Part shown: positions 63,098-64,000 of the stretch, piece after piece
Position numbering within the stretch: the first letter of the stretch is position 1
Layout: every line of letters begins with the position of its first letter
From: Dendrobates tinctorius
Lineage: Eukaryota
Length of the DNA: 64,000 bases
Assembly: GCF_039654945.1 (NCBI RefSeq)
Contig: NW_027361754.1
Location: forward strand, 27,218,001 to 27,282,000
Direction: 5' to 3'
The notes under the pieces: generated by a model
The model's database searches: none
What the model saw: only the letters and a program-made list of their open reading frames with translations
Told to the model about the DNA's origin: nothing
Program-made: the position numbers and the translations under genes

Positions 63098-64000
63098 TGT
63101 TGTGAGTTCATTTTCCCTTCACCATTGAGGTCTGATGAACTCCCTCTTCTGGTGAAGGAAGGTAGTGAGGCTGATTACCAAGCACCTGAGCAGGATGATG
63201 ATGACTGGGTGACGGGAATTGCTGACTGGATATAAGGCAGCCGACGCCCTTCTGCCTTGCTGGTGATTTCTCTGAGGGATTCTAGGAGACCAGTCTGATT
63301 CCTGCTCCTCAAAAGCTAAGTTTTCTGCTCTGCTTTTTGCATTTGTGTTTTGGTTTTGTTTTGCCTTGTTTTTCTGGATTTATGCCATTCCCTGATGGGG
63401 TGAGCTGAATTCTTTTTTGCTCTGTCTTCAGAAAATACCTGTGTACTGATTTAGTCTTTTTGAAGCCTAGCGTCTTCAGGACTTTTTTCCCGATCAGTCT
63501 GTTGGCTCATGTTTTGATGGGGTTTTTGAGGATTGCAGACAGCAGCTTTTCTATCCTGTCCTATTTAGTTAGCTTGGGCCCCATCATTTGCTCAGCCTAT
63601 CTTTCTATCTGTGTTAGTGTTTTTTCATCTTGCTTCACCGTCATTATATGTTGGGGGCTGCCTGTTGCTTCGGGGTCTGCTCTGGGGCAGTTTAGATTTC
63701 CCTTTCTGTCTTTAGGCTATTTAGTTCTCCGGCTGTGATCGAGGGGTCTAGGGCACCGTAGGAACCCCACACGGCTACTGCTAGTTGTTGTTGATAGGTT
63801 CAGGGGTCTGCAATCCGATAGCTGCCAACTTCTCTGGTTTTCTGGACTTAGCTAGTATTTCTGTTTTTGCCTCCTACGGTGACTCATTCATAACAGAATC
63901 ACCAGCCATACCGCAGATCCTAGGGTACTCAATAGCAGGAAAGAATTGTAAAAAAAAAAAAAAAAAGTGTGTATATTTTTTCCTCTATATCGCTGAGGCC
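63098..64000 (+). mobile_element. Gypsy family A 5' LTR (63098-63895) and leader, running off the window
   Basis: Reverse-complement homolog of 640-1558, including the post-LTR leader GAATCACCAGCCATACCGCAGATCCTAGGG. It interrupts the BEL integrase tail. Confidence 0.88.

Overview
Vertebrate genomic DNA, most likely a frog (inferred from the repeat landscape). It is not prokaryotic. The window holds the core of the APOA4/APOC3 apolipoprotein cluster. Two intact, tandem, 4-exon ApoA-IV-like genes lie on the minus strand (CDS 6400-11813 and 30261-34526, 367 aa each, coding exons 49/127/928 bp). Head-to-head with them on the plus strand is a small 4-exon gene that the ORF track does not recover; it encodes a 92-aa ApoC-III-like protein (CDS 47535-50488). 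The rest is a dense, nested transposon landscape: Gypsy/chromovirus elements, solo LTRs (one family with 6-bp TSDs), a fragmented BEL/Pao element, Tc1 remnants, Harbinger- and hAT-type MITEs, a tRNA-derived SINE and minisatellites. Several fold-back Penelope/retrozyme-like inserts are present, one carrying a complete minimal hammerhead ribozyme in a ~353-nt repeat unit. An LTR-like element near 2.5-2.9 kb carries a cold-shock-domain-like ORF. All calls were made by eye; no database searches were run.
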